A stretch of DNA of 64,000 nt from a virus: the IMG/VR virus record IMGVR_UViG_2693429897_000002; one strand, written 5' to 3'. Positions 53,251 to 63,460 of this stretch are shown here, one piece after another (position 1 is the first letter of the stretch; every line of letters starts with the position of its first letter). The translations under genes and the position numbers were made by a program. The notes below the pieces were generated by a model, which was not told the origin of the DNA, did not search any database, and was given only the letters and a program-made list of their open reading frames with translations.

Positions 53251-53811
53251 ATGGAGGGCTTGAGCGAGCGCCAATACGCCGCCCGTGTCGGCCTGTCACG
53301 CGGCGCGATCCAGAAGGCGAAAGCGACGGGGCGGCTGGTGCTGCACGAAGATGGCAGCATCGACGCGGAGGCCAGTGATGCCCTGCGCGCGCAGGCGACC
53401 GATCCTTCGAAAACCCGCAAAGCACCACAACCCAAGCTGAAGCCCGTTCCGGAAGCAGCGGTGTCCGCCGTCGGCGATACCCTGCGGGAACAGGGAATGG
53501 CCGCGCCACCGGTCGGCAGCGGCACCACCTTTCTGCAGGCCAAGACGGCGAACGAAGTGCTGAAGGCGCAGGAACGGCGCCTCCGGCTGCAGAAGCTGAA
53601 AGGCGAGTTGATCGACCGGGCCCGCGCATTGTCGCTGGTTTTCCGGCTGGCGCGGCAGGAGCGTGACGTCTGGGTCAACTGGCCCGCGCGGGCGGCGGCG
53701 TTGATGGCAGCCGATCTGGGCGTCGAGCCCGCCGTGATGCAAAAGGTCCTGGAGAAACATGTCCGAGCCCAGCTCGACGAGCTTGCCGAGATCAAACCCG
53801 ATCTCCGGTGA
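53251..53811 (+). CDS. Terminase small subunit (Nu1-like)
   Basis: N-terminal wHTH SERQYAARVGLSRGAIQKA plus coiled coil, immediately upstream of the GpA terminase. Confidence 0.75.
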   Translation: MEGLSERQYAARVGLSRGAIQKAKATGRLVLHEDGSIDAEASDALRAQATDPSKTRKAPQPKLKPVPEAAVSAVGDTLREQGMAAPPVGSGTTFLQAKTANEVLKAQERRLRLQKLKGELIDRARALSLVFRLARQERDVWVNWPARAAALMAADLGVEPAVMQKVLEKHVRAQLDELAEIKPDLR

Positions 53812-55789
53812 TGCGCACGCCTCAAGTAGCGAAGCGGTAGGCGAACAAATCGAAGACTTCGAGGGCGCGGCGGAAATCCTGCGCGCCTGGGGTGAAGGCC
53901 TGAAGCCGGATCCGGACCTGACCGTGTCGCAATGGGCGGATCGGCACCGGATGCTCTCGGGCCGGGCCTCGGCAGAACCCGGGCGGTATCGCACGGCCCG
54001 CACGCCCTACATGGGCGAGATCATGGACCGGCTAAGCCCGGGCGATCCAACGCAGCGGATCGTGTTCATGAAGGCGGCACAGGTCGGCGCGACCGAGGCC
54101 GGCAACAACTGGATCGGCTTCGTGATCCACCAGGCACCGGGCCCGATGCTGGCGGTCCAGCCGACGGTGGAACTGGCGAAACGCAACTCGCGCCAGCGGA
54201 TCGACCCGCTGATCGATGAAAGCCCGGAGCTGCGCGAACGGGTCAAACCGGCGCGCTCGCGGGATGCGGGCAACACGATGCTCTCCAAGGAATTCGCAGG
54301 CGGCATCCTGATCATGACCGGGGCCAACTCGGCGGTCGGGCTGCGTTCGACCCCGGCGCGCTACATCTTCCTCGACGAGGTCGATGCCTATCCAGCCTCG
54401 GCCGACGAGGAAGGCGACCCGGTCACGCTGGCCGAGGCGCGGTCGCTGACCTTTGCCCATCGGCGCAAGGTGTTCCTGGTCTCGACCCCGACGATCCGGG
54501 GGCTGAGCCGGATCGAGCGGGAATACGAGGCCAGCGACCAGCGCCGCTTCTTCGTGCCGTGCCCCCATTGCGGGCAGATGCAATGGCTGAAGTTCGAGCG
54601 GCTGCGCTGGCAGAAGGGTCGGCCGGAAACGGCGGAATACCATTGCGAGGGCTGCGAGGCGCCCATCGCGGAACACCACAAGACGGCGATGTTGCAAGCG
54701 GGCGAATGGCGCCCGACGTCCGAGGCGGCTGATCCGAACACCGTCGGCTATCACCTCTCGGCGCTCTATTCCCCCATCGGCTGGCTGAGCTGGGAGCGGA
54801 TCGTGCGGGCATGGGAAGCGGCGCAGGGGGCGGACGAGGCCATCAAGGCGTTCCGCAACACCATTCTTGGCGAGACATGGGTCGAGACCGGCGAGGCGCC
54901 CGATTGGCAGCGGCTTTACGACCGGCGTGAGCGATGGAGGCCGGGCATCGTTCCCGCGGGCGGGTTGTTCCTCACCGCCGGGGCCGACGTGCAGAAAGAC
55001 CGGATCGAGGTCGATGTCTGGGCCTGGGGCCGTGGTCTGGAAAGCTGGCTCGTCGATCACATTGTCATTGAGGGTGGACCCGACCGGCATGAGGCCTGGG
55101 GCGATCTGACAGACCTGCTCGGTCGAACATGGCGGCATGAGCGTGGCGCACATCTGAAGATCGCGCGGCTCGCCATCGATACCGGCTATGAGGCCCCGGC
55201 AGTCTATGGTTGGGCGCGGGCGCAAGGCTTTGCACAGGTGTCGCCCGTGAAGGGCGTCGAGGGGTTCAATCGGGCCAGTCCGGTCTCGGGCCCCACTTAC
55301 GTGGATGCGACCGAGGGCGGCAAGCGCCTGCGACGCGGCGCGCGGCTCTGGACCGTGGCGGTCTCAACCTTCAAGGCCGAGACCTACCGCTTCCTGCGGC
55401 TGGCGCGGCCGACGGAGGAGGATCTGGCCAAGGGGGCCGCGTTCCCGGCCGGCACGGTGCATCTGCCGGGTTGGGTCGAGAACGAATGGTTGAAGCAGTT
55501 CGTCGCCGAACAACTGGTGACGGTCGCTACCCGCCGCGGCTTTGCCCGGCTGGAATGGCAGAAGCTGCGCGAGCGGAACGAGGCGCTGGACTGCCGGGTG
55601 TATGCCCGGGCCGCCGCCTGGATCGCGGGTGCGGATCGCTGGACCGACGAGAAATGGCGCGACCTCGAGGATCAGCTCGGGGTGGCCGACGCTTCTGCGG
55701 ATCCCGCGGGGCAGATCAACAGGCAGGCGCAGGCATCGCAGGGGAAACGCCGATCCGACTGGCTCGGACGGCGTGGAGGATGGTTCTAA
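53759..55789 (+). CDS. Terminase large subunit, GpA family (true start may be slightly downstream)
   Basis: MKAAQVGATE, IFLDEVD, STPT, VPCPHCG, GADVQKDR and RNEALDC. Confidence 0.95.
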   Translation: MSEPSSTSLPRSNPISGDAHASSSEAVGEQIEDFEGAAEILRAWGEGLKPDPDLTVSQWADRHRMLSGRASAEPGRYRTARTPYMGEIMDRLSPGDPTQRIVFMKAAQVGATEAGNNWIGFVIHQAPGPMLAVQPTVELAKRNSRQRIDPLIDESPELRERVKPARSRDAGNTMLSKEFAGGILIMTGANSAVGLRSTPARYIFLDEVDAYPASADEEGDPVTLAEARSLTFAHRRKVFLVSTPTIRGLSRIEREYEASDQRRFFVPCPHCGQMQWLKFERLRWQKGRPETAEYHCEGCEAPIAEHHKTAMLQAGEWRPTSEAADPNTVGYHLSALYSPIGWLSWERIVRAWEAAQGADEAIKAFRNTILGETWVETGEAPDWQRLYDRRERWRPGIVPAGGLFLTAGADVQKDRIEVDVWAWGRGLESWLVDHIVIEGGPDRHEAWGDLTDLLGRTWRHERGAHLKIARLAIDTGYEAPAVYGWARAQGFAQVSPVKGVEGFNRASPVSGPTYVDATEGGKRLRRGARLWTVAVSTFKAETYRFLRLARPTEEDLAKGAAFPAGTVHLPGWVENEWLKQFVAEQLVTVATRRGFARLEWQKLRERNEALDCRVYARAAAWIAGADRWTDEKWRDLEDQLGVADASADPAGQINRQAQASQGKRRSDWLGRRGGWF

Positions 55790-55998
55790 TGGCGGACTGG
55801 ACGGAAACCGAATTGTCGGCGCTGCGCCGGGCCTATGCCAGTGGCACGACGCGGGTCAGCTATGACGGCAAATCCGTCGACTACGGCTCGGCCGAGGATC
55901 TGCTGGCGCGCATCCGGACCATTGAGCGGGCGATTGCGGGGACGACCCGACCGCTGCCGGTGGCGGGCCTCGCGGGCTTCAGCCGCGGGGATCGATAA
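55789..55998 (+). CDS. Head-tail joining protein gpW-like
   Basis: ALRRAYASGTTRVSYDGKSVDY; located between terminase and portal. Confidence 0.85.
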   Translation: MADWTETELSALRRAYASGTTRVSYDGKSVDYGSAEDLLARIRTIERAIAGTTRPLPVAGLAGFSRGDR

Positions 55999-57524
55999 TG
56001 GCAACCAATTGGTTCGATAGGGCCATCGCCACGGTGGCGCCACGCACGGCGGCCCGCCGTGTGCTTGCCCGACAGGCGTTCGAGACTCTGGCACGGGGCT
56101 ATGACGGCGCGGCGCGTGGGCGGCGCACCGAGGGCTGGCGCGCGCCGGGCAGTTCCGCCGACACCGAGATCGGCATCGCCGGGGCGCTTCTGCGCGACCG
56201 GATGCGGGATCTCGTGCGCAACAACCCGCATGCCGCCAAGGCCGTGGCGGTGCTGGTCAACAACATCGTCGGCGCCGGCATCATGCCGCGCGCCGCCAGC
56301 GGCGATGACAAGCTGGACCGCACGGTGGACACGCTCTTTGCCCGCTGGTCGGAGGCGGCCGATGCCGATGGCCAGCTCGACTTCTACGGGCTGCAGACGC
56401 TGATCTGCCGCGAGATGGTCGAGGCGGGAGAGGTCCTGGTGCGCCGCCGCTTGCGCCGATCCTCGGACGGGCTCCCGGTGCCGCTGCAATTGCAAGTGCT
56501 GGAAGCCGACTTCCTCGACGCCACGAAATCCGGGGCTGTCGGCGCGGGACGGCTGGTCCAGGGCATCGAGTTCGACCCGCTCGGCAAGCGCCGGGCCTAC
56601 TGGCTGCACGCCGAACATCCCGGCGATGCCCATGGCGCCTTGCGCGGTGGCACCAACAGCCGCCCGGTCCCGGCAACCGACATCGCCCATGTCTATGAAA
56701 AGCAGCGCACGCAGGCGCGCGGCGTTCCATGGGGCGCGCCGGTGATCCGGTCCTTGCGCGATCTCGACGATTACGAGGTGGCCGAGATCGTGCGCAAGAA
56801 GACCGAGGCCTGTGTCACCGCAATCGTGTTTGGCGATGACGAGGCCCAGCAGGGCATCGCGCCCGCGGTGGTCGATGCCGATGGAAACCGGGTCGAGCAG
56901 TTCGAACCGGGCCTCATCGCCTATGCGCGGGGCGGCAAGGACATCCGGTTCAACCAGCCCGCCGCCACCGGCGGCTATGGTGAGTACAAGCGGGCCAGCC
57001 TGCACACGATCTCGGCCGGGTTCCGGGTGCCCTACGAGTTGCTGACCGGGGACCTGTCCCAGGTGAATTATTCCTCGATCCGGGCGGGGCTCGTGGAGTT
57101 CCGCCGGATGATCGACGCCGTCCAGTGGCAGCTCTTCATCCCGATGTTCTGCGCGCCGGTCTGGCGCTGGTTCACCGAGGCCGCATGGGCGGCGGGCCGG
57201 ATCCCGACGCCCGACGTGCCGGTCGAATGGTCGCCGCCGAAGTTCGAGGCGGTCGATCCGCAGAAGGACGCGATGGCGAACCTCTTGTCGATCCGCTCCG
57301 GCACGATAACGCTGGCGGAGGTGATCGCGCAACAGGGCCGCAACCCCGATGCGGTGCTGGCGGAGATTGCCGCCACCAACGCGAAACTCGACGCGCTCGG
57401 GCTGGTGCTCGACAGCGATCCGCGCCGCGTCACCAAGACCGGGAGCGCGCAGACGAGTGACCCGGTGAACGATCCTTCCGCCGACACAACGGCTGATTCG
57501 GCGCCGACAGACCAACAGGACTGA
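55998..57524 (+). CDS. Portal protein, lambda family
   Basis: RMRDLVRNNP, LQLQVLEAD, QARGVPW, VNYSSIRAG and VDPQKD. Confidence 0.95.
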   Translation: MATNWFDRAIATVAPRTAARRVLARQAFETLARGYDGAARGRRTEGWRAPGSSADTEIGIAGALLRDRMRDLVRNNPHAAKAVAVLVNNIVGAGIMPRAASGDDKLDRTVDTLFARWSEAADADGQLDFYGLQTLICREMVEAGEVLVRRRLRRSSDGLPVPLQLQVLEADFLDATKSGAVGAGRLVQGIEFDPLGKRRAYWLHAEHPGDAHGALRGGTNSRPVPATDIAHVYEKQRTQARGVPWGAPVIRSLRDLDDYEVAEIVRKKTEACVTAIVFGDDEAQQGIAPAVVDADGNRVEQFEPGLIAYARGGKDIRFNQPAATGGYGEYKRASLHTISAGFRVPYELLTGDLSQVNYSSIRAGLVEFRRMIDAVQWQLFIPMFCAPVWRWFTEAAWAAGRIPTPDVPVEWSPPKFEAVDPQKDAMANLLSIRSGTITLAEVIAQQGRNPDAVLAEIAATNAKLDALGLVLDSDPRRVTKTGSAQTSDPVNDPSADTTADSAPTDQQD

Positions 57525-57529
57525 CGAAC

Positions 57530-59596
57530 ATGGACACGATGATCGAAATCCCGGCCCTGCGCCGGATGGCGGAGCTTGCGCCGAACTCGGCCGACACCGA
57601 GGCCCGCACCGTCGAGGTGATCTGGTCGGCGGGCGCCCGGGTCCGCCGGTCGACCCTCTTCGGCGAGCCCTATGACGAGGAACTGAGCCTCGATCCGGCC
57701 CATGTGCGGCTCGAGCGGCTGAACGCGGGAGCGCCGTTTCTGAAGGTGCACGAGATAGACACGCTGGATGCGGTGATCGGATCGGTGGTGCCGGGCTCGG
57801 CCCGCATCGAGAATGGGCGCGGCGTCGCGCAGGTGCGCATCAGCGAACGTGCCGATGTCGAACCGATCTGGCGCGATATCCAGGCCGGGCACATCCGGGC
57901 GGTTTCCATCGGCTACCAGGTGCACCGCTTTGAGGTCTCGAAGCCCGAGGCGGGCCGCGAGCTCTGGCGCGCGGTGGACTGGACGCCCTTCGAGGTCTCC
58001 GCCGTGCCCGTGGGCGCCGATCCCGCCGCGGGGTTCCGCGCCCGATCCCAACTTCACGATTGCGTCCTCCATCGCCGGGACGTGCAACCCACCACCACAG
58101 GAGCCATCCCGATGAGCGACAAGACCGAGACCCCGGCCAACGACGCCGCAACCCGCACCACCCCCCAGCCGATCGAACCGGTCGCGACCGAGGACACCGC
58201 CATGCCCGAACCGAAGACCCCCGCGACGGAGCTGCAAGCGGCTGCGGTCGAAACCCGTTCCCAGCCGAAACCGCAGAAGCCTGAGGTCACCCCGGCGCCT
58301 GACGCGGAAGCCGCCGCCACCCGGGCGCGCGAAGCGGAACGCAACCGCGTCTCCACGATCTACGATCTGGCCGGCCGCCTGAACCTCGAGCGCAGCTTCG
58401 CCGAGGATCTTGTGAAGCGCGGCACGGATATCGACGAGGCCCGGCGCCTGATCCTCGATCAGGTGGCCGCGAAGTCCGAGGAAACCCGCACTTTCAGCCA
58501 GGTGTCGATCCCGCTCGGTGGCCGCGATGAGGAGATCACCCGGCGCGAGGCCGTGGCCAATGCGCTTCTGCACCGCTACAGCCCGACGCTCTTCGAACTG
58601 GAAGATGCGGCGCGGCAATATCGCGGCATGACGCTCCTGGAACTGGCCCGCGAGAGCCTCGGCAATGCCGGCGTGAACACGCGCGGTCTCTCGCGTGACG
58701 AGGTGGCAACGCGGGCGCTGCATTCGACGTCCGACTTCCCCGAGATCCTGTCGGCCGTCACCAACAAGACGCTCCGGCAGGCCTACGAGGCTTATCCCCG
58801 CACCTTCATGCTGTTCTGCCGCCAGGTTCTGGCCACCGACTTCAAGGCCATGCACCGGGTCCAGCTTGGCGAGGCCCCGCAGTTGCTGGAGGTGGGCGAA
58901 AGCGGCGAGTTCAAGCGCGGCACGCTTGGCGAGAGCAAGGAAAGCTACAAGGTCAAGACCTATGGGCGCGTGGTCGCCATCACCCGCCAGACGCTGATCA
59001 ACGACGATCTCGACGCCTTCACCCGTATCCCGGCGATGTACGGCAACTCCATCGCCCAGCTGGAATCGGACGTGGTCTGGGGCATCATCACCGCGAACCC
59101 GGCCATGGCCGACGGCAATGCGCTGTTCCACGCCACCCACAAGAACCTCGCGGGCACCGGCGCGGCGCTCGACGTGACCACCGTCGGCGCGGCCCGCGCG
59201 GCCATGGCCAAGCAGACCGGCCTCGACAAGAAAACGGTCCTGAACGTGCGGCCTGCCTTCCTGATCGTGCCGGCCGCGCTGGAGTTGAAGGCCGAGCAGC
59301 TGGTCGCCCAGAACCTCGTGCCCGCCGCGACCGCCAGCGTCGTGCCGCAATCGATCCGCACGCTCACCCCGATCAGCGAACCGCGCCTCGATGCGGCCAG
59401 TGCCACCGCCTGGTACCTGGCGGCCAGCCCGAACCAGATCGACACCATCGAATACGCCTATCTGGAAGGCCAGCAGGGCGCCTATATCGAGACGCGCAAT
59501 GGCTTCGACGTAGACGGCGTCGAGATCAAGTGCCGCCTCGACTTCGGCGCCAAGGCGATCGACTGGCGCGGTCTTTACAAGAACCCGGGCGCGTAA
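57530..59596 (+). CDS. Prohead protease / major capsid protein fusion
   Basis: Protease FLKVH, SIGY and EVSAVPVGADP, followed by capsid HSTSDFP, TYGR..AITRQ.LINDDL and DFGAKAIDWRG. Confidence 0.92.
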   Translation: MDTMIEIPALRRMAELAPNSADTEARTVEVIWSAGARVRRSTLFGEPYDEELSLDPAHVRLERLNAGAPFLKVHEIDTLDAVIGSVVPGSARIENGRGVAQVRISERADVEPIWRDIQAGHIRAVSIGYQVHRFEVSKPEAGRELWRAVDWTPFEVSAVPVGADPAAGFRARSQLHDCVLHRRDVQPTTTGAIPMSDKTETPANDAATRTTPQPIEPVATEDTAMPEPKTPATELQAAAVETRSQPKPQKPEVTPAPDAEAAATRAREAERNRVSTIYDLAGRLNLERSFAEDLVKRGTDIDEARRLILDQVAAKSEETRTFSQVSIPLGGRDEEITRREAVANALLHRYSPTLFELEDAARQYRGMTLLELARESLGNAGVNTRGLSRDEVATRALHSTSDFPEILSAVTNKTLRQAYEAYPRTFMLFCRQVLATDFKAMHRVQLGEAPQLLEVGESGEFKRGTLGESKESYKVKTYGRVVAITRQTLINDDLDAFTRIPAMYGNSIAQLESDVVWGIITANPAMADGNALFHATHKNLAGTGAALDVTTVGAARAAMAKQTGLDKKTVLNVRPAFLIVPAALELKAEQLVAQNLVPAATASVVPQSIRTLTPISEPRLDAASATAWYLAASPNQIDTIEYAYLEGQQGAYIETRNGFDVDGVEIKCRLDFGAKAIDWRGLYKNPGA

Positions 59597-59625
59597 CCCC
59601 GGCCATTCCTGACATCTGAACCCTG

Positions 59626-59660
59626 ACGGGCGGTCCAACCGGGCCGCCCGTTTCCCTTTG
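59626..59660 (+). terminator. Intrinsic terminator after the capsid gene
   Basis: ACGGGCGGTCC-AACC-GGGCCGCCCGT followed by TTCCCTTTG. Confidence 0.7.
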
Positions 59661-59675
59661 CAAAGGATCCCGCAC

Positions 59676-60011
59676 ATGAAGAACTACGTCCAGCCCGGCA
59701 ACACCATCACGCTCACCGCGCCCTATGCGGTCACCTCCGGCGACGGCCTGCTCGTCGGCTCCATCTTCGGCGTGGCCGCCGGGGACGCCGCCAACGCCGA
59801 GATCGTCGAGGTCGCGCTCACAGGTGTCTTTGATCTCAAGAAAGTCGCCTCTCAGGCCTGGTCCGCCGGTGACAAGGTCTATTGGGACAACACCAACAAG
59901 GAAGCGACCAAGACCGCCACGGCAAATACCCTGATCGGCGTCGCCATCGAAGCCGTCGCTGGCGGCGCGGGCGACGTGATCGGCCGGGTGCGCCTGAACG
60001 CGAGCTTCTGA
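59676..60011 (+). CDS. DUF2190-family capsid cement/decoration protein
   Basis: MKNYVQPGNTITL...GVFDLKK...VYWD...VRLN. Confidence 0.88.
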   Translation: MKNYVQPGNTITLTAPYAVTSGDGLLVGSIFGVAAGDAANAEIVEVALTGVFDLKKVASQAWSAGDKVYWDNTNKEATKTATANTLIGVAIEAVAGGAGDVIGRVRLNASF

Positions 60012-60322
60012 TGACGGCGTTCTCCGCCGTCGTGGATGCGCTGTTCAATGACCCCAACATCGGCCGCGAAGCGATCTACACATCCGCTGGCGGCACGCCT
60101 GTTCTGGTGCGCGTCGTCGCCCGACAGGCCGATGCCATCACCGACTTTGGCGATGCGCGGCTCTGGTCGGAAACCACCCGTATCGACCTGCGCGTGGCGG
60201 AAGTGCCGACCCCGCGCCCCGGCGACCGGATCGAGATCGACGGCGAGGCCTTCCTCATCCAGGGCGAGCCCGTCCGCGACCGCGAGCGGCTGGTCTGGAC
60301 TGTCGATCTGCGGCCAGCATGA
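60011..60322 (+). CDS. Head-tail joining protein
   Basis: MTAFSAVVDALFNDPNIG...PRPGDRIEIDGE.F.IQGEP; TGATG overlap. Confidence 0.8.
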   Translation: MTAFSAVVDALFNDPNIGREAIYTSAGGTPVLVRVVARQADAITDFGDARLWSETTRIDLRVAEVPTPRPGDRIEIDGEAFLIQGEPVRDRERLVWTVDLRPA

Positions 60323-60948
60323 AGCTGAAACTCGACATCACGCCCGACCTCGTCGCCGCCATGGCGGCCGAGGTGAAAGCGGGTGAGAAGGCCGTCACCG
60401 CCGCCATGCGCGAGGCCGGGACCGGGCTCAAGACCGCCTGGCGCGGCCAGATCACCGGCGCCGGGCTCGGGCGGCGGCTTGCCAACTCGATCCGGAGCCA
60501 GACCTACCCGAAGGCGGGCGAAAGCCTGAACGCGGCTGCGCTGGTCTGGTCCAAAGCCCCGGTCATCGTCGGCGCCCACGACACCGGCCCGCTGATCCGA
60601 TCCCGCGACGGCTTCTGGCTCGCGATCCCGCTTCCCGCCGCCGGCAAGGGGCGGCGCGGGGCGAAGCTGACACCGGGCGAATGGGAGCGCCGCCGTGGCC
60701 TGCGCCTGCGCTTCGTCTATCGCCGGCGTGGCCCCAGCCTGCTGGTGGCCGACGGACGGCTGAACACCAAGGGGCTCGGCGTCGCTTCCCGCTCGAAGAC
60801 CGGCCGAGGCCGCGCCACCGTGCCGATCTTCCTGCTGGTCCCGCAGGTCAAGCTGCCGAAGCGGCTGAACCTTGATCGGGACGCCGAGCGGGCGCTCGAC
60901 AGCGTGCCGGGGCTGATCGTGGCGAACTGGCTCGAAACCCGCCTCTGA
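60319..60948 (+). CDS. DUF6441-family tail completion protein
   Basis: MKLKLDI...WRGQITGAGLG.RLANSIR...GFWLAIP...TVPIFLLVPQV. Confidence 0.8.
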   Translation: MKLKLDITPDLVAAMAAEVKAGEKAVTAAMREAGTGLKTAWRGQITGAGLGRRLANSIRSQTYPKAGESLNAAALVWSKAPVIVGAHDTGPLIRSRDGFWLAIPLPAAGKGRRGAKLTPGEWERRRGLRLRFVYRRRGPSLLVADGRLNTKGLGVASRSKTGRGRATVPIFLLVPQVKLPKRLNLDRDAERALDSVPGLIVANWLETRL

Positions 60949-60973
60949 AGCCCATGGTCGACAGCTTCCCCTT

Positions 60974-60992
60974 ATTGGCATATATTGCCAAT
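60974..60992. promoter_or_regulatory. Operator-like inverted repeat upstream of the parD-like antitoxin
   Basis: ATTGGCA-TATAT-TGCCAAT. Confidence 0.6.
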
Positions 60993-61007
60993 GAAGGAGA
61001 AAGCACC

Positions 61008-61265
61008 ATGGCCACGAGAAACGTCGTCCTCACCGAAAGCCAGTCCGCGCTGGTCGATCGCCTGGTCGCCTCGGGGCGATATCAGAACGCCAGCGAAGCC
61101 CTGCGCGCGGGGCTGCGGCTCCTGGAAAGCGAGGAGGCGCAACTCGACGCCTTGCTCGCGCGGCTCGAGAGCGGCCTCGACGAGGCCCGGCGCGGCGATC
61201 TGGCCGAGGGCTCGGGTGAGGACGCCATCCGGCGGGCCTTCCGCGCCGCTCGGACCGCGCTGTGA
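61008..61265 (+). CDS. parD: ParD-like ribbon-helix-helix antitoxin
   Basis: MATRNVVLT...VDRLVASGRYQNASEALRAGLRLLE; RBS AAGGAG. Confidence 0.88.
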   Translation: MATRNVVLTESQSALVDRLVASGRYQNASEALRAGLRLLESEEAQLDALLARLESGLDEARRGDLAEGSGEDAIRRAFRAARTAL

Positions 61266-61597
61266 GCGGCAAGCCGTGGCGTCTGACGCGGGCGGCCGAA
61301 GCATCGCTCCTCGACATCGCGCTCTGGACCATCGAGACATTCGGCCCGCGACAGGCCGAGGCCTATGAGGCCGACCTGATCGACCGCTGCGCGGCGATCG
61401 CGCAGGGCGAGGCGCCATGGCAGAGCTGCGCCAAGATCATTGATCCGCGCCTGCCCGAGGAACTGCGTTTCACCCGCTGCGGCGAGCATCTGATCGTGTT
61501 CCTGGATGAGCCCGACCGGGTGATCATCGTCGATTTCCTGCATGGCCGGCGCGATCTGCCCGCGCGGTTGACAGAGCTGGCGCGCCGGGACGACTGA
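61262..61597 (+). CDS. parE: ParE/RelE-family toxin
   Basis: WRLTRAAEASLLDIALWTIETFGPRQAEAY...HLIVF...IVDFLHGRRD. Confidence 0.85.
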   Translation: MSGKPWRLTRAAEASLLDIALWTIETFGPRQAEAYEADLIDRCAAIAQGEAPWQSCAKIIDPRLPEELRFTRCGEHLIVFLDEPDRVIIVDFLHGRRDLPARLTELARRDD

Positions 61598-61637
61598 CCG
61601 GACCCATCTAGACCCATCTCGACGCTCCGAGGCCTTG

Positions 61638-62057
61638 ATGCCCACCCCCCGCGAAACCATCCTCGCCGCCTTGCACGCGCGGCTCTCGGCGCTGCCCGCA
61701 ACCGTCTTGCGCGGCGATGTCCTGCCCGAGCGCGTCCCGGCCGAGGGCCTGCTGATCCTGCGCGATGGCGAGCCGGGGGAGCCGGAGGTGACGCTGTCGC
61801 CGCTCGCCTACCACTACCAGCACCGCGCCGAGATCGAGGCGGTCGTGCAGGGCAGCGACCGTGATGGCGATTTCGATGCGCTTTGCGCCAGCATCGGTAC
61901 GGCGCTCGCCGGTGACCGCACCTTGGGTGGGCTTTGCGACTGGGCCGAGGCGGAAGCGCCGCGGCCGGCCGATCTGCCGGTCGAGGGGGCGGCGAGCCTG
62001 AAGGCGGCTGTGATACCTGTCATCCTGCACTACACCACGGCCGACCCCTTGGCCTGA
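61638..62057 (+). CDS. Tail terminator-like protein
   Basis: MPTPRETILAAL...LILRDGEPGEPEVTLSP..YHYQHRAEIE; precedes the tail tube gene. Confidence 0.78.
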   Translation: MPTPRETILAALHARLSALPATVLRGDVLPERVPAEGLLILRDGEPGEPEVTLSPLAYHYQHRAEIEAVVQGSDRDGDFDALCASIGTALAGDRTLGGLCDWAEAEAPRPADLPVEGAASLKAAVIPVILHYTTADPLA

Positions 62058-62081
62058 CCGCAACAACCTCAGGAGAACACC

Positions 62082-63020
62082 ATGGCACGCGCCCAGGGGG
62101 CGCGGTCGCAGCTCGCGGCCGCGTTCGAGACGACCTATGGCACCGCGCCGGCCTCGGGCTTCATGCAGATGCCCTTCGCCAGCGCCTCGCTCGGGGCCGA
62201 GCAGCCGCTGCTGGCCTCGGAACTTCTCGGTTACGGCCGCGATCCGCTGGCCCCATTGAAGGACGCGGTGACGGCCGACGGCGCCATCACCGTGCCGCTC
62301 GACGCCGAGGCCTTCGGTTTCTGGCTCAAGGCGGCTTTCGGGGCGCCGACCACCACGGGCACCACGAACAAGACCCACACCTACAAGTCGGGATCGTGGT
62401 CGCTCCCGAGCATGGCGATCGAGGTGGCGATGCCGGAGATTCCGCGCTTCGCCATGTACACGGGCTGCGTGCTGGACCAGCTCAGCATCGCCATGCAGCG
62501 TTCGGGGTTGCTGACGACGGATGTGAAGCTGGTGGCGCAGGGCGAGAACGTTGCCACGGCGACAGCGGCCGGCACGCCAACCGCCTACGCGCTCCAACGC
62601 TTTGGCCATTTCAACGGGGCGATCAAGAGGAACGGCACGGCGCTTGGCAACATCGTCTCGGCGGACCTCACCTATGCCAACAATGTCGAGCGGATCGAGA
62701 CCATCCGCAACGATGGCCGCATCGACGGGGCAGACCCGTCCATCGCCGCGCTCACCGGCAAGATCGACGTGCGCTTCGCCGACACCACGCTGATGGACCA
62801 GGCGCTGAACGGGACGGCGGCCAGCCTCGAGTTCTCCTGGACTATCTCGGCCAATGTCAGCCTGACCATCACCGCCCATGCCGTCTACCTGCCGCGCCCC
62901 CGAGTGGAAATCCAGGGGCCACAGGGCATCCAGGCGAGCTTCGACTGGCAGGCGGCCCATGACCCCGTGGCCGGGCAGATGTGCACAATCGTCCTCAAGA
63001 ATGCTGTTGCGAGTTACTGA
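62082..63020 (+). CDS. Phage tail tube protein
   Basis: MARAQGARSQLAAAFETTYG...ELLGYGRDP...GIQASFDWQAA. Confidence 0.88.
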   Translation: MARAQGARSQLAAAFETTYGTAPASGFMQMPFASASLGAEQPLLASELLGYGRDPLAPLKDAVTADGAITVPLDAEAFGFWLKAAFGAPTTTGTTNKTHTYKSGSWSLPSMAIEVAMPEIPRFAMYTGCVLDQLSIAMQRSGLLTTDVKLVAQGENVATATAAGTPTAYALQRFGHFNGAIKRNGTALGNIVSADLTYANNVERIETIRNDGRIDGADPSIAALTGKIDVRFADTTLMDQALNGTAASLEFSWTISANVSLTITAHAVYLPRPRVEIQGPQGIQASFDWQAAHDPVAGQMCTIVLKNAVASY

Positions 63021-63022
63021 TC

Positions 63023-63460
63023 ATGCTGACCCTCGATCTTTCCAATGAGCCGCGCTGGCTCGAGCTGGCGCCTGGTGTCCGCGTGCAGCTGCGCCCGCTG
63101 ACCACCGCGCTGATGGTGGCGACGCGCAGCGATCCGGCCGTGGAGGCGGTGCCCGAAGAGGCGTCCGACGAAGAGCGCGCGCTGGCGTTCGCGAAGGCGC
63201 TGGCGCGCAAGGCGGTGCTTGCCTGGGAAGGCGTGGGCGATGCCGACGGCAACGCGATCAACCCGAGCCCCGAGGCGATAGACGCCCTCTTGGACATCTG
63301 GCCGATCTTCGAGGCCTTCCAGCTCGCCTACGTCTCCAGGGGCCTGCTGCTGGAACAGGAAAAAAACGCCTCCGCGCCCTTGCCGAATGGTCCTTCGGCG
63401 GGGGCGAGCGATACTGCGAAGCCTGCCCGGGGCCGTGCCCGGACTGCCCGGCGCGGCTGA
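63023..63460 (+). CDS. Tail assembly chaperone (gpG-like)
   Basis: MLTLDLSNEPRWLEL...WEGVGDADG; contains the slippery site A AAA AAC at 63361-63367. Confidence 0.8.
   Translation: MLTLDLSNEPRWLELAPGVRVQLRPLTTALMVATRSDPAVEAVPEEASDEERALAFAKALARKAVLAWEGVGDADGNAINPSPEAIDALLDIWPIFEAFQLAYVSRGLLLEQEKNASAPLPNGPSAGASDTAKPARGRARTARRG

Noticed and set aside
57068-59677. Very long antisense ORFs (869 aa here; also 48465-50849, 37011-39278, 55881-57515 and 8642-10261)
   Set aside because: Shadow ORFs opposite well-supported genes, expected in high-GC DNA; no recognisable motifs, unlike the same-strand alternative frame at 50747
61638-62057. Acyl-CoA transferase label often attached to this family
   Set aside because: Position between head-tail genes and the tail tube, and the absence of CoA-transferase motifs, indicate a tail structural protein
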